Shown in pieces: positions 10,314 through 19,827 of a stretch of 64,000 nt of DNA. The first letter of the stretch is position 1. Every line of letters begins with the position of its first letter. The translations under genes were made by a program, and so were the position numbers. Source of the stretch: an uncultured Parabacteroides sp. (GTDB lineage: Bacteria; Bacteroidota; Bacteroidia; Bacteroidales; Tannerellaceae); the NCBI GenBank assembly GCA_900541965.1, contig UQLN01000002.1, forward strand, positions 16,547-80,546, given 5' to 3'. Below the pieces are notes generated by a model. That model had not been told where the DNA came from. It did no database searches and saw nothing but the letters and a program-made list of their open reading frames with translations.

Positions 10314-12032
10314 ATGAAACATATAAAATCAATCTATACAGCAGGCGTAATGATTGCAGCAGCAACTTTTACATCGTGTACTGACCTGACAGAAAAACCC
10401 TATAGCATCCTGACTAATGATAACTATTTTACAGATAAAGCAAGTGTGGAAGCAACCGTACTCCGGCCCTATGAGCATGCCCAATGGTGCGGCTGGGACG
10501 GAGACCGCTGGCAATTGCAGGAACTGACAGCCGACCACTTCGTATGGACACAGAAAGGTCGCCATAGCTATGACGACGGAAAATGGGTCCGCCTGCACGA
10601 ACATAAATGGAATTACGATATGGACCAGATTAATGGCGGTTGGGTAGGACCTTATCAGGGTATCCAGCAGATTAACTCGCTATTCCGCGATTTCAAAAAT
10701 CTGGATTTCCAGGCTATGAAAATTACTGATGCGGAAAAATCGAACTATATGGGAGAGTTACGTGCTTTACGTGCCTGGTTCTATATCTTCCTGATTGACT
10801 TTTATCGTAATGTTCCCATTTTTACGGAGAATAACGCTCCTGATGAATTAATAGCACAATCTACGCCGGAAGAAGTTTTTGCTTTTATCGAGAAAGAATT
10901 GAAAGAAGTATTACCCACTCTGAAGCAGGAACACATCATCGGCAGATTTACCCAAGCTCCAACCGCGGCATTACTGGCTCGTATCTATTTTAATTCTAAA
11001 GTTTGGATTAACATAGACCGCTCAGCAGACTGTAAAACAATGTGTGAAGACATTATTGCCGGCAAATACGGACAATACAGCATCAATCAGCAGGATTATA
11101 AAGACCCGTTCCGTTCAGGTATCAAAGGGTACAAATCTCCGGAAAACCTGTTTGAGTTCCCTCACAAACGGAATGTTTACCAATTCGGAGGTTTCCATGA
11201 CTCCTTCTTGCATTATACTTCCGGACAGGCTTTAGGCAATCCGGATGGTGGTAATAACGGTATCCATCTGCAACCTTCACGCGGTTTAGATAACAACATT
11301 TATACATTCCCAAGCAAACTGGGAACTCCTTATGAAAAATATGCGGATTGCGACTATCGCAAGCAGCCGTTCAAAATAACAAGTGCAACAGGTGGCTATG
11401 AAGGCTTCTTTATGATTGGCAAGCAGTTTAAATTTGACTACTCAAAAGGATACGGTTACACAGATGAACCGGTAAAAGGAACAGAAGAATATAAAGGCGA
11501 ACCGCTAATCTATGTGGACCAGGTAGGGCGTTTTTCCGAAGGCATAGATGTTGCGAAGGAAAAAGGCTCACGGGTGACAACCGGTGAAGAAAATTCAGGT
11601 GTACGCTTCAATAAATTCCCATATCTGCAGGAAGGTGACGGATTGTATATGTGCCAATCTGCCCCGGAAATACGTCTGGCTGAAATCTATTATATGCTTG
11701 CAGAAATTCATTATCGTGCAGGCGATAAAACAAAAGCTGCAGAATTACTGGATTATGTACGTATAAGAAATTATCCGGCTGACCAATGGAACAAGTATAG
11801 CTATGCACAGAATCCGGCTTTACTTACAGACCAGGAATTTATCGATGAATGGGGACGCGAGTTTATTGGTGAACGCCGTCGCCGCATGGACCTGGTTCGT
11901 TGGGGACGTTTTGGCGACACATGGTGGGACAAAAGTGCTGATCCGAACGATAAAGAATACTCTATTTTCCCCATCCCTAAAAGACAACTGGATGCTAATC
12001 CTTTGTTAAAACAAACAACGAAAGGTTGGTAA
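10314..12032 (+). CDS. susD: SusD/RagB-family nutrient-binding outer membrane lipoprotein.
   Basis: 572 aa. The lipoprotein signal reads AAATFTSCTD. Size and W/Y-rich composition are typical of SusD. It sits immediately downstream of SusC. Confidence 0.85.
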   Translation: MKHIKSIYTAGVMIAAATFTSCTDLTEKPYSILTNDNYFTDKASVEATVLRPYEHAQWCGWDGDRWQLQELTADHFVWTQKGRHSYDDGKWVRLHEHKWNYDMDQINGGWVGPYQGIQQINSLFRDFKNLDFQAMKITDAEKSNYMGELRALRAWFYIFLIDFYRNVPIFTENNAPDELIAQSTPEEVFAFIEKELKEVLPTLKQEHIIGRFTQAPTAALLARIYFNSKVWINIDRSADCKTMCEDIIAGKYGQYSINQQDYKDPFRSGIKGYKSPENLFEFPHKRNVYQFGGFHDSFLHYTSGQALGNPDGGNNGIHLQPSRGLDNNIYTFPSKLGTPYEKYADCDYRKQPFKITSATGGYEGFFMIGKQFKFDYSKGYGYTDEPVKGTEEYKGEPLIYVDQVGRFSEGIDVAKEKGSRVTTGEENSGVRFNKFPYLQEGDGLYMCQSAPEIRLAEIYYMLAEIHYRAGDKTKAAELLDYVRIRNYPADQWNKYSYAQNPALLTDQEFIDEWGREFIGERRRRMDLVRWGRFGDTWWDKSADPNDKEYSIFPIPKRQLDANPLLKQTTKGW

Positions 12033-12051
12033 TTCAATCTTAAGAAACATA

Positions 12052-12112
12052 AATACAGGTAAACCATCGGCCTATTTTATTAACAATAGCAAAGAGGTTT
12101 ACCTGTATTTTT
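12052..12112 (+). terminator. Rho-independent terminator after susD.
   Basis: ATACAGGTAAACC ... GGTTTACCTGTAT stem followed by TTTTTT. Confidence 0.5.
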
Positions 12113-12324
12113 TATAGAAAGCCACCCCGCTTTTTGAAAAAAAAACACAATAGACCATGCCTGCAACAAATCACGACAAAACAAGGAAAACAAGATGAAC
12201 AAAGTTCTTTAACGGGAATTACAGGGAGCAAAAGACCAGAACCTACTATTTTCAAAGTCTAAACAAGTATAAATTAGAAAAGTTTTTTGCTAATAAGTAT
12301 TAATTCAGGAGATTTTATCTTATC

Positions 12325-12359
12325 TTTGTCATCCATAATAAAAAAATGATTTAGTTTTG
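12325..12359 (+). promoter_or_regulatory. Candidate Bacteroides sigma-A promoter (TTTG -33 element and TAGTTTTG -7 element) for the downstream lipoprotein gene.
   Basis: TTTG lies at 12325-12328 and TAgtTTTG at 12352-12359, about 23 bp apart and ~70 nt upstream of the ATG at 12432. This matches the TTTG / TAnnTTTG Bacteroides consensus. Confidence 0.35.
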
Positions 12360-12431
12360 CACGTTGATGGATAAGGAATATATTGGAAGTGAATATATAA
12401 ACATAGTAACATTTTAAACTTACATCAAATT

Positions 12432-14123
12432 ATGAACAAAAAGTCATTATTGTCATTTTTCATGATGGCAGCGATTTTAACTCTTTCTTCTTGTTCTAAC
12501 AAGTTGAAACCGTTAGCTGAAGAGTACATTAAAGCTGAACCGCAGCCGCTTGAGGCCATCGGTGGCAAGGTTCCTGTAACAATCAATGCAACATTCCCTG
12601 CAAAATGGTTCAACAAGAAAGCTGTTGTAACTGTAACTCCGGTTTTGCGTTATGCAGGTGGAGAAGCTTGGGGTACATCCTACACTTACCAAGGTGAAAA
12701 AGTAAAAGGAAACAATCAGGTTATCCCACAGAAAGAAGGCGCTAATGTAACAATGAAATCTTCTTTCACTTACAAACCTGAAATGAAGAAATCCGAACTG
12801 TACCTGACTTTTGATGCAAAAATCAAAAACAAAACAGTTAAATTACCGGATGTAAAAATCGGCGACGGTGTTATCTCTACTTCTGAACTGGCTGATGCAG
12901 CTACTGCAAACGCAGCTATCGCAGCAGATAAGTTCCAGCGTATCATTAAGGAAGCTCACGATGCAAACATCATGTTCCTTATTCAACAGGCTGAACTTCG
13001 TTCTAAAGAATTGAGCAAAGAAGAAATCAAAAATTGGAAAGACCTTGTTAAGAACGCTGAAGAAGCTCCTAACCAGAACGTAGCAATCGAAATTTCTGCT
13101 TACGCATCTCCTGATGGTGGTGTTAAATTGAACACTGGTTTGGCTGAAAAACGTGAAGGCAATACTAACAAGTATCTGGCTAAAGAATTGAAGAAAATGA
13201 AAGTTGAAGCTCCGGTTGATGCTCGTTACACTGCTCAGGACTGGGAAGGCTTCCAGGAATTGGTTTCAAAATCTAACATTCAGGATAAAGACTTAGTATT
13301 ACGTGTTCTTTCTATGTACAAAGATCCGGAACAACGTGAAAAAGAAATCAAAAATATCTCTTCTGTATTCAGTGTATTGGCTGAAGAAATCCTGCCGCAG
13401 TTGCGTCGTTCTCGTTTGACTGCTAACATCGAAATCATCGGTAAGTCTGACGACGAAATCAGCGCATTAGCTAAGAGCAATCCTTCTGAACTGAACGTAG
13501 AAGAAATTCTTTACGCTGCTACATTAACTAACAACGATGCAGAAAAAGCTGCTATCTATGCAAAAGCTTCTCAATTGTATCCGAACGACTATCGTACTTG
13601 GAACAACGTTGGTATGATGGCATTCCGTGCTGGTGACATGGCTAAGGCTGAACAAATGTTCAACAAGTCTAACTCAGTTAAACCTAACAACGAAGCTAAC
13701 ATGAACTTAGGTTTGATCGCTTTGACTAAGGGTGACCAAGCTAAGGCTCAGCAGTTGTTCGGTAGCGCTGCTGGCGTAGCTGAATTAAGCGAAGCTCTGG
13801 GTGTTCTGTATCTGGAACAAGGCGAATGGGCTAAGGCTGCAAACTCTTTCGGTTCTGTTAAGTCTAACAACGCTGCTTTAGCTCAGATCCTGACTAAAGA
13901 CTACAGCAAAGCTTCTCAGACTTTGAACGCAGTTGCTAAACCTGATGCTACAACTTCTTATTTGAAAGCTATCGTTGCAGCTCGTACAAACGATGCTAAC
14001 GGTGTTGTTAACAATCTGAAAGCTGCTATCGCTGCTGACAAGAACATGGCTAAAGAAGCTGCTATCGATTTGGAATTTGCTAAATATGCAACTAATGCAG
14101 ATTTCGCTGCTTTGGTTAAGTAA
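12432..14123 (+). CDS. TPR-repeat lipoprotein of unknown function, strongly codon-optimised.
   Basis: 563 aa. The lipobox reads LTLSSCSN. The C-terminal half holds repeated TPR-like helices (AKAEQMFNKSNSVKPNNEANMNLGLIALTKGDQAKAQQLF...). Codon usage is extreme (Ala=GCT, Val=GTT, Gly=GGT, Arg=CGT) and unlike the flanking genes. A strong terminator follows. Confidence 0.7.
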   Translation: MNKKSLLSFFMMAAILTLSSCSNKLKPLAEEYIKAEPQPLEAIGGKVPVTINATFPAKWFNKKAVVTVTPVLRYAGGEAWGTSYTYQGEKVKGNNQVIPQKEGANVTMKSSFTYKPEMKKSELYLTFDAKIKNKTVKLPDVKIGDGVISTSELADAATANAAIAADKFQRIIKEAHDANIMFLIQQAELRSKELSKEEIKNWKDLVKNAEEAPNQNVAIEISAYASPDGGVKLNTGLAEKREGNTNKYLAKELKKMKVEAPVDARYTAQDWEGFQELVSKSNIQDKDLVLRVLSMYKDPEQREKEIKNISSVFSVLAEEILPQLRRSRLTANIEIIGKSDDEISALAKSNPSELNVEEILYAATLTNNDAEKAAIYAKASQLYPNDYRTWNNVGMMAFRAGDMAKAEQMFNKSNSVKPNNEANMNLGLIALTKGDQAKAQQLFGSAAGVAELSEALGVLYLEQGEWAKAANSFGSVKSNNAALAQILTKDYSKASQTLNAVAKPDATTSYLKAIVAARTNDANGVVNNLKAAIAADKNMAKEAAIDLEFAKYATNADFAALVK

Positions 14124-14148
14124 TTAACAGACCCTATCATATTAAAAT

Positions 14149-14181
14149 AGGCATTCCTGAAAAGGGATGCCTATTTTTTTA
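14149..14181 (+). terminator. Rho-independent terminator.
   Basis: AGGCATTCCTGAAAAGGGATGCCT hairpin followed by TTTTTTT. Confidence 0.8.
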
Positions 14182-14262
14182 CATAATCTTTAATACTATT
14201 TATTTTGTAATCTTCCTAACGTTTTCCACCTTTGCAAAAATTCTAAGAAAAAGAGGTTTTGT

Positions 14263-14691
14263 ATGAAAAAAGTATTAGCAGTATTCATGTTTATCTGTTT
14301 GCTTCTTGCAGGAGCACAAGATGGAGTGAACACTGTAAAAACAGAAATACAAAACATTTCCACCTTACAGGAGCAGGCTTCTATCTCCTCTGAAGAAAAA
14401 GAACTTGAATGTAATTTCATACAACAATCCAAAGAGCAATTCTCTTTTTTTGCTGACAATACAGAATACGTCAGAAATCTTTACCGTATATCACAAGGAA
14501 ACGAACAACTCAGTTCCTCTATCGGACAAATACGGTCATTTCATAAGATTTTAGCCGACTTTGTACTGAAAGATTATAACTCCGGACAAAAAATATCCGA
14601 GACAGTATCTACGTCCCAGATAATCATACAATCTACCCTGTTTTACCGTTCTGCACATCAAATATACCAGTTGCAGAAAATCGTTATTTAA
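14263..14691 (+). CDS. Small secreted hypothetical protein.
   Basis: 142 aa with an N-terminal signal peptide (MKKVLAVFMFICLLLAGAQ). No recognisable domain. Confidence 0.4.
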   Translation: MKKVLAVFMFICLLLAGAQDGVNTVKTEIQNISTLQEQASISSEEKELECNFIQQSKEQFSFFADNTEYVRNLYRISQGNEQLSSSIGQIRSFHKILADFVLKDYNSGQKISETVSTSQIIIQSTLFYRSAHQIYQLQKIVI

Positions 14692-14892
14692 CCCCTTCGG
14701 TTATTGAGGAACATACAAACGGAGCTTCACCTCTTCAGGCAAGCTAAATAATTATTGTGGACAATCGAAATCCATAATTTATAAATTCCATGCCTGAACC
14801 ATATCTGGATAGCAGCAGATATATTTATGTATCCTTACCAAGCCTATAGCCCTGTTATATTCTATTCATACCAATTTTACAATTCATAAATT

Positions 14893-15243
14893 ATGGGAGC
14901 AATATCAATTTTAGCCATGTTGCTCGCAGGTATCGGCTTTGCCGGCCTGGCAATAGGCGTGGGAAAACTCGTTTCCATTAAACGAAGCAACCCGATTAAA
15001 GGACAAGCTTACGAGTGCGGTATGCCCAGTGAGGGTACAACCTGGGCACAATTCAATGTAGGCTACTACCTCTTTTCTCTCACCTTCCTCATCTTCGATG
15101 TGGAAATGGTATTCCTGTATCCCTGGGCAGTAACCCTGAAAGAGATAGGGATACCCGCCCTTATAGAGATTGTCTTTTTTATGTTATTCCTATTCATGGG
15201 ATTGCTTTACGCTTATAAAAAGAAAGCATTACAATGGAAATGA
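14893..15243 (+). CDS. nuoA: NADH-quinone oxidoreductase subunit A.
   Basis: NuoA/ND3 signature [41 protein letters not shown]. Confidence 0.9.
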   Translation: MGAISILAMLLAGIGFAGLAIGVGKLVSIKRSNPIKGQAYECGMPSEGTTWAQFNVGYYLFSLTFLIFDVEMVFLYPWAVTLKEIGIPALIEIVFFMLFLFMGLLYAYKKKALQWK

Positions 15244-15776
15244 AGAAAGATTTTTTGCCCGAGTTACCTGAAGAATTCAAGGAAAACCTGGGGCGTAACG
15301 TGCTGGTTACAACGATCGATAAAATAGCCGGATGGGCACGGAGCAATTCGCTTTGGCCCTTAAGTTTCGGAACCAGTTGCTGTGCCATCGAAATGATGAG
15401 TGCGGCATCTGCCAAGTACGACTGGTCCCGTTTCGGATTTGAAGTGGCCCGTGCTTCTCCACGTCAGGCGGATCTCATCATCGTAGCCGGTACAATCACA
15501 AAAAAAATGGCACCGGTATTGCGTCGTTTATACGACCAGATACCCGAACCCAAATATGTAATCGCCATGGGAGCCTGCACTATAACCGGAGGTCCGTTTG
15601 CCAAAGACAGCTATTCTGTCGTAGCCGGTGTAGACAAAATTATCCCTGTAGACGTATATATTCCCGGATGCCCTCCCCGACCGGAAGCATTGCTTCAAGG
15701 AATGATGGCATTGCAACAAAAAATAAAAGAAGAAAGAGCATACGTTATTGAAAAACCAAAGGAGGAAAAACAATGA
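15234..15776 (+). CDS. nuoB: NADH-quinone oxidoreductase subunit B.
   Basis: Fe-S motifs [23 protein letters not shown] and [10 protein letters not shown]. Overlaps nuoA by 10 nt. Confidence 0.9.
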   Translation: MEMKKDFLPELPEEFKENLGRNVLVTTIDKIAGWARSNSLWPLSFGTSCCAIEMMSAASAKYDWSRFGFEVARASPRQADLIIVAGTITKKMAPVLRRLYDQIPEPKYVIAMGACTITGGPFAKDSYSVVAGVDKIIPVDVYIPGCPPRPEALLQGMMALQQKIKEERAYVIEKPKEEKQ

Positions 15777-16222
15777 GCAACCATACATTAACTGAAGCCC
15801 TTGCCGACCGGTTCAAAGACAAACAGATCGAAGAAAGTTTCGGCATGCCGGCCCTACACATAGAGAAAGACGAGCTGATAGCATGTGCCCGCACATTAAA
15901 AGAAGAAAAAGTATTTGATTTTAAGATGTTAGTTTGCGAAACAGCTGTAGACCGGACTGAACATTTCGAATTAGTTTGCCATTTACGTTCATTATCACAC
16001 GGCCATGAAATGATTCTGAAAACACATGTAGAGCGGGACGGGACACCCGAACTCCACTCTCTCTACGGTTTGTGGCATGCTGCAGAACTATTTGAAGATG
16101 AAATCTACGACCTCTTCGGCATACGTTTCGCGGGACATCCTTTCCTAAGACGAATTATGCTCGACGACTCATTCAACGGATACCCTCTGCGGAAAGATTT
16201 CATAAACACAGAGGAATTATAA
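15773..16222 (+). CDS. nuoC: NADH-quinone oxidoreductase subunit C.
   Basis: 149 aa with NuoC-like [24 protein letters not shown]. Overlaps nuoB by 4 nt. Confidence 0.85.
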   Translation: MSNHTLTEALADRFKDKQIEESFGMPALHIEKDELIACARTLKEEKVFDFKMLVCETAVDRTEHFELVCHLRSLSHGHEMILKTHVERDGTPELHSLYGLWHAAELFEDEIYDLFGIRFAGHPFLRRIMLDDSFNGYPLRKDFINTEEL

Positions 16223-16244
16223 CAACAGGAAGAGTTAATAAATT

Positions 16245-17366
16245 ATGAACAATTATATACAAGTAACACCCGATGAAACCGACGGATTTATCGTCAACAT
16301 CGGCCCCCAGCATCCTTCCACCCATGGTGTTCTTCGCCTGCGCACACAACTGGACGGAGAAACCATACTGAATATGGAACCCTATCTGGGCTATATCCAC
16401 CGGGGCATCGAAAAGATGTGCGAGTCGCTGGGATACAAACAGTTCATTTACCTGACCAGCCGTATGGACTACCTGTCGGCACATATGAACAACCAGGCAT
16501 GCGCCCTATGTATAGAAAAAGGAGCACAAATAGAAGTGCCGGAACGCGCACAAGTCATCCGTGTTATCATGGCAGAGTTGCAGCGCCTTGCCTCCCATTT
16601 GTTATGGTGGGGAAGTATGGGACTCGACCTCGGTGCCGTATCCCCCTTCTTCTATGCTTTCCGCGAACGGGAAATGATTCTGGAAATATTTGAAGAAACA
16701 GGTGGCAACCGGTTGACAATGAATTATATCACACCCGGTGGAGTCATGCACGACCTCCATCCGGATTTTGTACGGAAAGTCAAAGAGGTCATCGCCTCTT
16801 TAAAAAAGCATGAACATGAATACAGCGAACTGATGACAGGCAACATCATTTTCAGAAAACGCGTAGAAAATGTAGGCTACCTCACACCGGAAATGGCAAT
16901 CTCTCTGGGTTGCACAGGACCTGTTGCACGTGGTTCCGGTATCTCCTGCGACGTACGCAAACATGCTCCTTACGATGTATATGGGCAAGTCGAATTTAAA
17001 GAAATCCTACTCGACGGTTGCGATTGCATGAGCCGGTACATGGTACGTATGGAAGAAATGAAACAATCCATTGCCATCATTGACCAGTTGATAGACCATA
17101 TACCGGAAGGTTCCTACAGAAATAAACCCAAAGGCGTTATCAAACTACCTGCCGGCGAATATTACAGCCGCGTGGAAACCGCCCGTGGCGAACTGGGGGT
17201 ATATATCGTAGCTGATGGAACGGGAAAACCCTGGCGCGTCAAATTCCGTACCCCTAATTTCAGCAACCTGGCAGCAATGAAACCTCTGGTGAAAGGAGCT
17301 AAGATAGGCGATTTGGTCGCTATCATGTCGACACTCGATTTAATTATTCCGGATATTGACCGATAA
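16245..17366 (+). CDS. nuoD: NADH-quinone oxidoreductase subunit D.
   Basis: 373 aa with NuoD (49-kDa subunit) motifs HPSTHGVLRL and IGYLTPEMA, and the end ...DLVAIMSTLDLIIPDIDR. Confidence 0.9.
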   Translation: MNNYIQVTPDETDGFIVNIGPQHPSTHGVLRLRTQLDGETILNMEPYLGYIHRGIEKMCESLGYKQFIYLTSRMDYLSAHMNNQACALCIEKGAQIEVPERAQVIRVIMAELQRLASHLLWWGSMGLDLGAVSPFFYAFREREMILEIFEETGGNRLTMNYITPGGVMHDLHPDFVRKVKEVIASLKKHEHEYSELMTGNIIFRKRVENVGYLTPEMAISLGCTGPVARGSGISCDVRKHAPYDVYGQVEFKEILLDGCDCMSRYMVRMEEMKQSIAIIDQLIDHIPEGSYRNKPKGVIKLPAGEYYSRVETARGELGVYIVADGTGKPWRVKFRTPNFSNLAAMKPLVKGAKIGDLVAIMSTLDLIIPDIDR

Positions 17367-17380
17367 AAAGTATTGAAAAG

Positions 17381-18466
17381 ATGAAATCACAAATAGACTT
17401 CACAGGTCTGACACAATGGATACACCAGACATTATCCGCCTATCTGTCGCCAGGTTGGGTATTAACACTGGAACTGGTAGCGTCGGTGCTCGCCATTATC
17501 GTTATGATCGTTGTCATGGTAATCCTTATGATTTATGCCGAACGGAAAATAGCCGGATTCATGCAATTGCGCCTCGGGCCGATGCGCGTAGGCTGGTGTG
17601 GTTCCGGACAAGCGATTGCCGACGTACTGAAACTGTTGCTGAAAGAATGCGTAACACCCTTTCAGGCAGACAAACTATTGTTCTCGCTCGCCCCGTTCGT
17701 TGTTCTGGCAACCAGCTTCCTGTCAATTATGCCTTTCTCCTATGCCCCGGGATTACAACTCTGGGACATCAACATCGGCGTCTTATACGTTACTGCCGTC
17801 TCATCCATCAGCGTAATGGGCGTTATGATGGCAGGATGGGCAAGCCATAATAAATATTCTTTATTGGGAGCGATGCGTAGCGGAGCACAAATCGTAAGTT
17901 ATGAACTTTCGATGGGGATGGCGCTGGTCACCATTATCGCTATGAGCGGCGCCCTGTCCGTCAACGATATTATCATGTCTCAAGCAGACGGCTGGTGGTT
18001 ATTTAAAGGGCATGTACCCGCCATCTTCGCCTTTGTCATTTTCATTATCGCCTCTACAGCAGAATTAAACCGCGCACCTTTCGACCTTGCCGAAGCGGAA
18101 CAGGAATTAACAGCCGGCTTCCATACCGAATATTCCGGTATGCAGTTCGCCATGTTTTTCCTTGCGGAATATTCCAATATGCTGATAGCTTCGATGATGG
18201 CTGCAACCGTTTTTTTGGGAGGCTGGCAGCCCCTGCATATCCAGGGATTGGACGGCTTCAATCAAGTGATGGATTTCATACCCGGCATACTCTGGTTCTT
18301 CGGTAAGATTTTCTTTGTAATCTTCCTGATTATGTGGTTCCGCTGGACATTTCCACGCCTGCGTATCGACCAGTTATTACGTTTGGAATGGAAATACCTG
18401 CTACCCATCAGCATCGTAAATGTAATACTTGCCGCTTGCGTTGCCGTATTCGGCTGGTATTTGTAA
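17381..18466 (+). CDS. nuoH: NADH-quinone oxidoreductase subunit H.
   Basis: Polytopic membrane protein with NuoH/ND1 motifs YAERKIAGFMQLRLGPMRVG and ELTAGFHTEYSGM. Confidence 0.9.
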   Translation: MKSQIDFTGLTQWIHQTLSAYLSPGWVLTLELVASVLAIIVMIVVMVILMIYAERKIAGFMQLRLGPMRVGWCGSGQAIADVLKLLLKECVTPFQADKLLFSLAPFVVLATSFLSIMPFSYAPGLQLWDINIGVLYVTAVSSISVMGVMMAGWASHNKYSLLGAMRSGAQIVSYELSMGMALVTIIAMSGALSVNDIIMSQADGWWLFKGHVPAIFAFVIFIIASTAELNRAPFDLAEAEQELTAGFHTEYSGMQFAMFFLAEYSNMLIASMMAATVFLGGWQPLHIQGLDGFNQVMDFIPGILWFFGKIFFVIFLIMWFRWTFPRLRIDQLLRLEWKYLLPISIVNVILAACVAVFGWYL

Positions 18467-18490
18467 ACAGATTTCAATTAAATAAAGATT

Positions 18491-18970
18491 ATGAATAAAG
18501 CATTTGGATATATCTACTCGATAGGGGCATCGTTCGTTTCCCTCGGAAAGGGGATGTTTCGTACACTAAGCAGTATGACACATCCCAAAAGGATATTGAC
18601 CCTGCAATATCCCGAAAACAGAGGAACGACCCTGTACATTCCCGAACGCTTCCAGGCGAATCTGGAACTTATCCGCGGAGAAGAAGGGCTGAAATGTACC
18701 GCCTGTACCCTCTGCCAGACAGCCTGCCCCAACGGAACAATCACCATTACCACACGGAAAATAACTACTCCCGAAGGAAAAACCAAGCGGGAACTGGACC
18801 AGTACATCTACGACCTCGGTCGCTGTACCTTCTGTGGACAGTGTGTGGATGCCTGTAATTTCGGGGCATTGGAAATGACGAACCATTTCGAGAACAGTGA
18901 ATATGACAAACAAAAACTGGTGCGCATCCTGAACGCACCTGAAATCAAACAACGGGAGGAACAGAAATGA
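18491..18970 (+). CDS. nuoI: NADH-quinone oxidoreductase subunit I (2x[4Fe-4S] ferredoxin).
   Basis: CTACTLCQTACP and CTFCGQCVDACN cysteine clusters. Confidence 0.9.
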   Translation: MNKAFGYIYSIGASFVSLGKGMFRTLSSMTHPKRILTLQYPENRGTTLYIPERFQANLELIRGEEGLKCTACTLCQTACPNGTITITTRKITTPEGKTKRELDQYIYDLGRCTFCGQCVDACNFGALEMTNHFENSEYDKQKLVRILNAPEIKQREEQK

Positions 18971-19500
18971 ATGCAGAAGCCATTTTATTCTATATAATAG
19001 CAGCACTGGTACTTCTTATGGGTACTCTTTGCGTGTTTAGCCGGCATATCTTCCGGTCTGCCGTGTACCTGCTGTTCTGCCTCATCGGAGTAGCCGGTAT
19101 TTATATAATGATGGATGTAAACTTCGTTGCCGCTCTGCAAATCATGATTTATGTAGGAGGTATCGTAGTCCTTATCATTTTCTCCATCTTCCTGACACAC
19201 AATACCGGCTCCAAATTGCCGATACCGATACCGAGGCGTATGTTCTGGGCTCTGTTTATCCCGGCTTCCGGCTTTGCACTGGTACTCTGGGTACTCCTCC
19301 AGCATCCTTTCCGGACAGAAGTTATTTCCAAGGAAGGGCTGGATATCCACGAAATCGGGCACCAATTGTTTAATCTGAACGACTACGGATACATCTTCCC
19401 CTTCGAAATGGTCAGCGTATTATTGCTGGCAGCTTTAGTCGGGAGCATCGTCATTGCCCAGAATAATAAAAAGAAATCCAATCAACAACCGGAAAAATAG
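18967..19500 (+). CDS. nuoJ: NADH-quinone oxidoreductase subunit J.
   Basis: 177-aa membrane protein positioned between nuoI and nuoK. Overlaps nuoI by 4 nt. Confidence 0.8.
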   Translation: MNAEAILFYIIAALVLLMGTLCVFSRHIFRSAVYLLFCLIGVAGIYIMMDVNFVAALQIMIYVGGIVVLIIFSIFLTHNTGSKLPIPIPRRMFWALFIPASGFALVLWVLLQHPFRTEVISKEGLDIHEIGHQLFNLNDYGYIFPFEMVSVLLLAALVGSIVIAQNNKKKSNQQPEK

Positions 19501-19506
19501 AAACAT

Positions 19507-19821
19507 ATGGAACAGATACCTCTTTCACATATACTGATTCTCAGTTCCGCCCTGTTTTTCCTGGGCGTATACGGTTTCTTCTCACGCAGGAACCTGATAA
19601 CTGTGCTGATGTCGACGGAATTGATTTTGAACAGTGTCAACATCAATTTTATCGCCTTCAACAAATACCTCTATCCCGAGGCTCTGGAAGGCGTGTTCTT
19701 CACGCTATTCATCATTATTGTTGCAGCCGCAGAAGTCTCGCTTGCAATAGCAATCATCATCAACCTATACCGGAAGTTCAAGACGATCGATATAGACGAT
19801 ACAACAACAATGAAATTCTGA
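19507..19821 (+). CDS. nuoK: NADH-quinone oxidoreductase subunit K.
   Basis: 104-aa, three-TM protein. NuoK/ND4L-like sequence (LFFLGVYGFFSRRNLITVLMSTELILNSVNINFIAF). Confidence 0.85.
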   Translation: MEQIPLSHILILSSALFFLGVYGFFSRRNLITVLMSTELILNSVNINFIAFNKYLYPEALEGVFFTLFIIIVAAAEVSLAIAIIINLYRKFKTIDIDDTTTMKF

Positions 19822-19827
19822 TATCCT

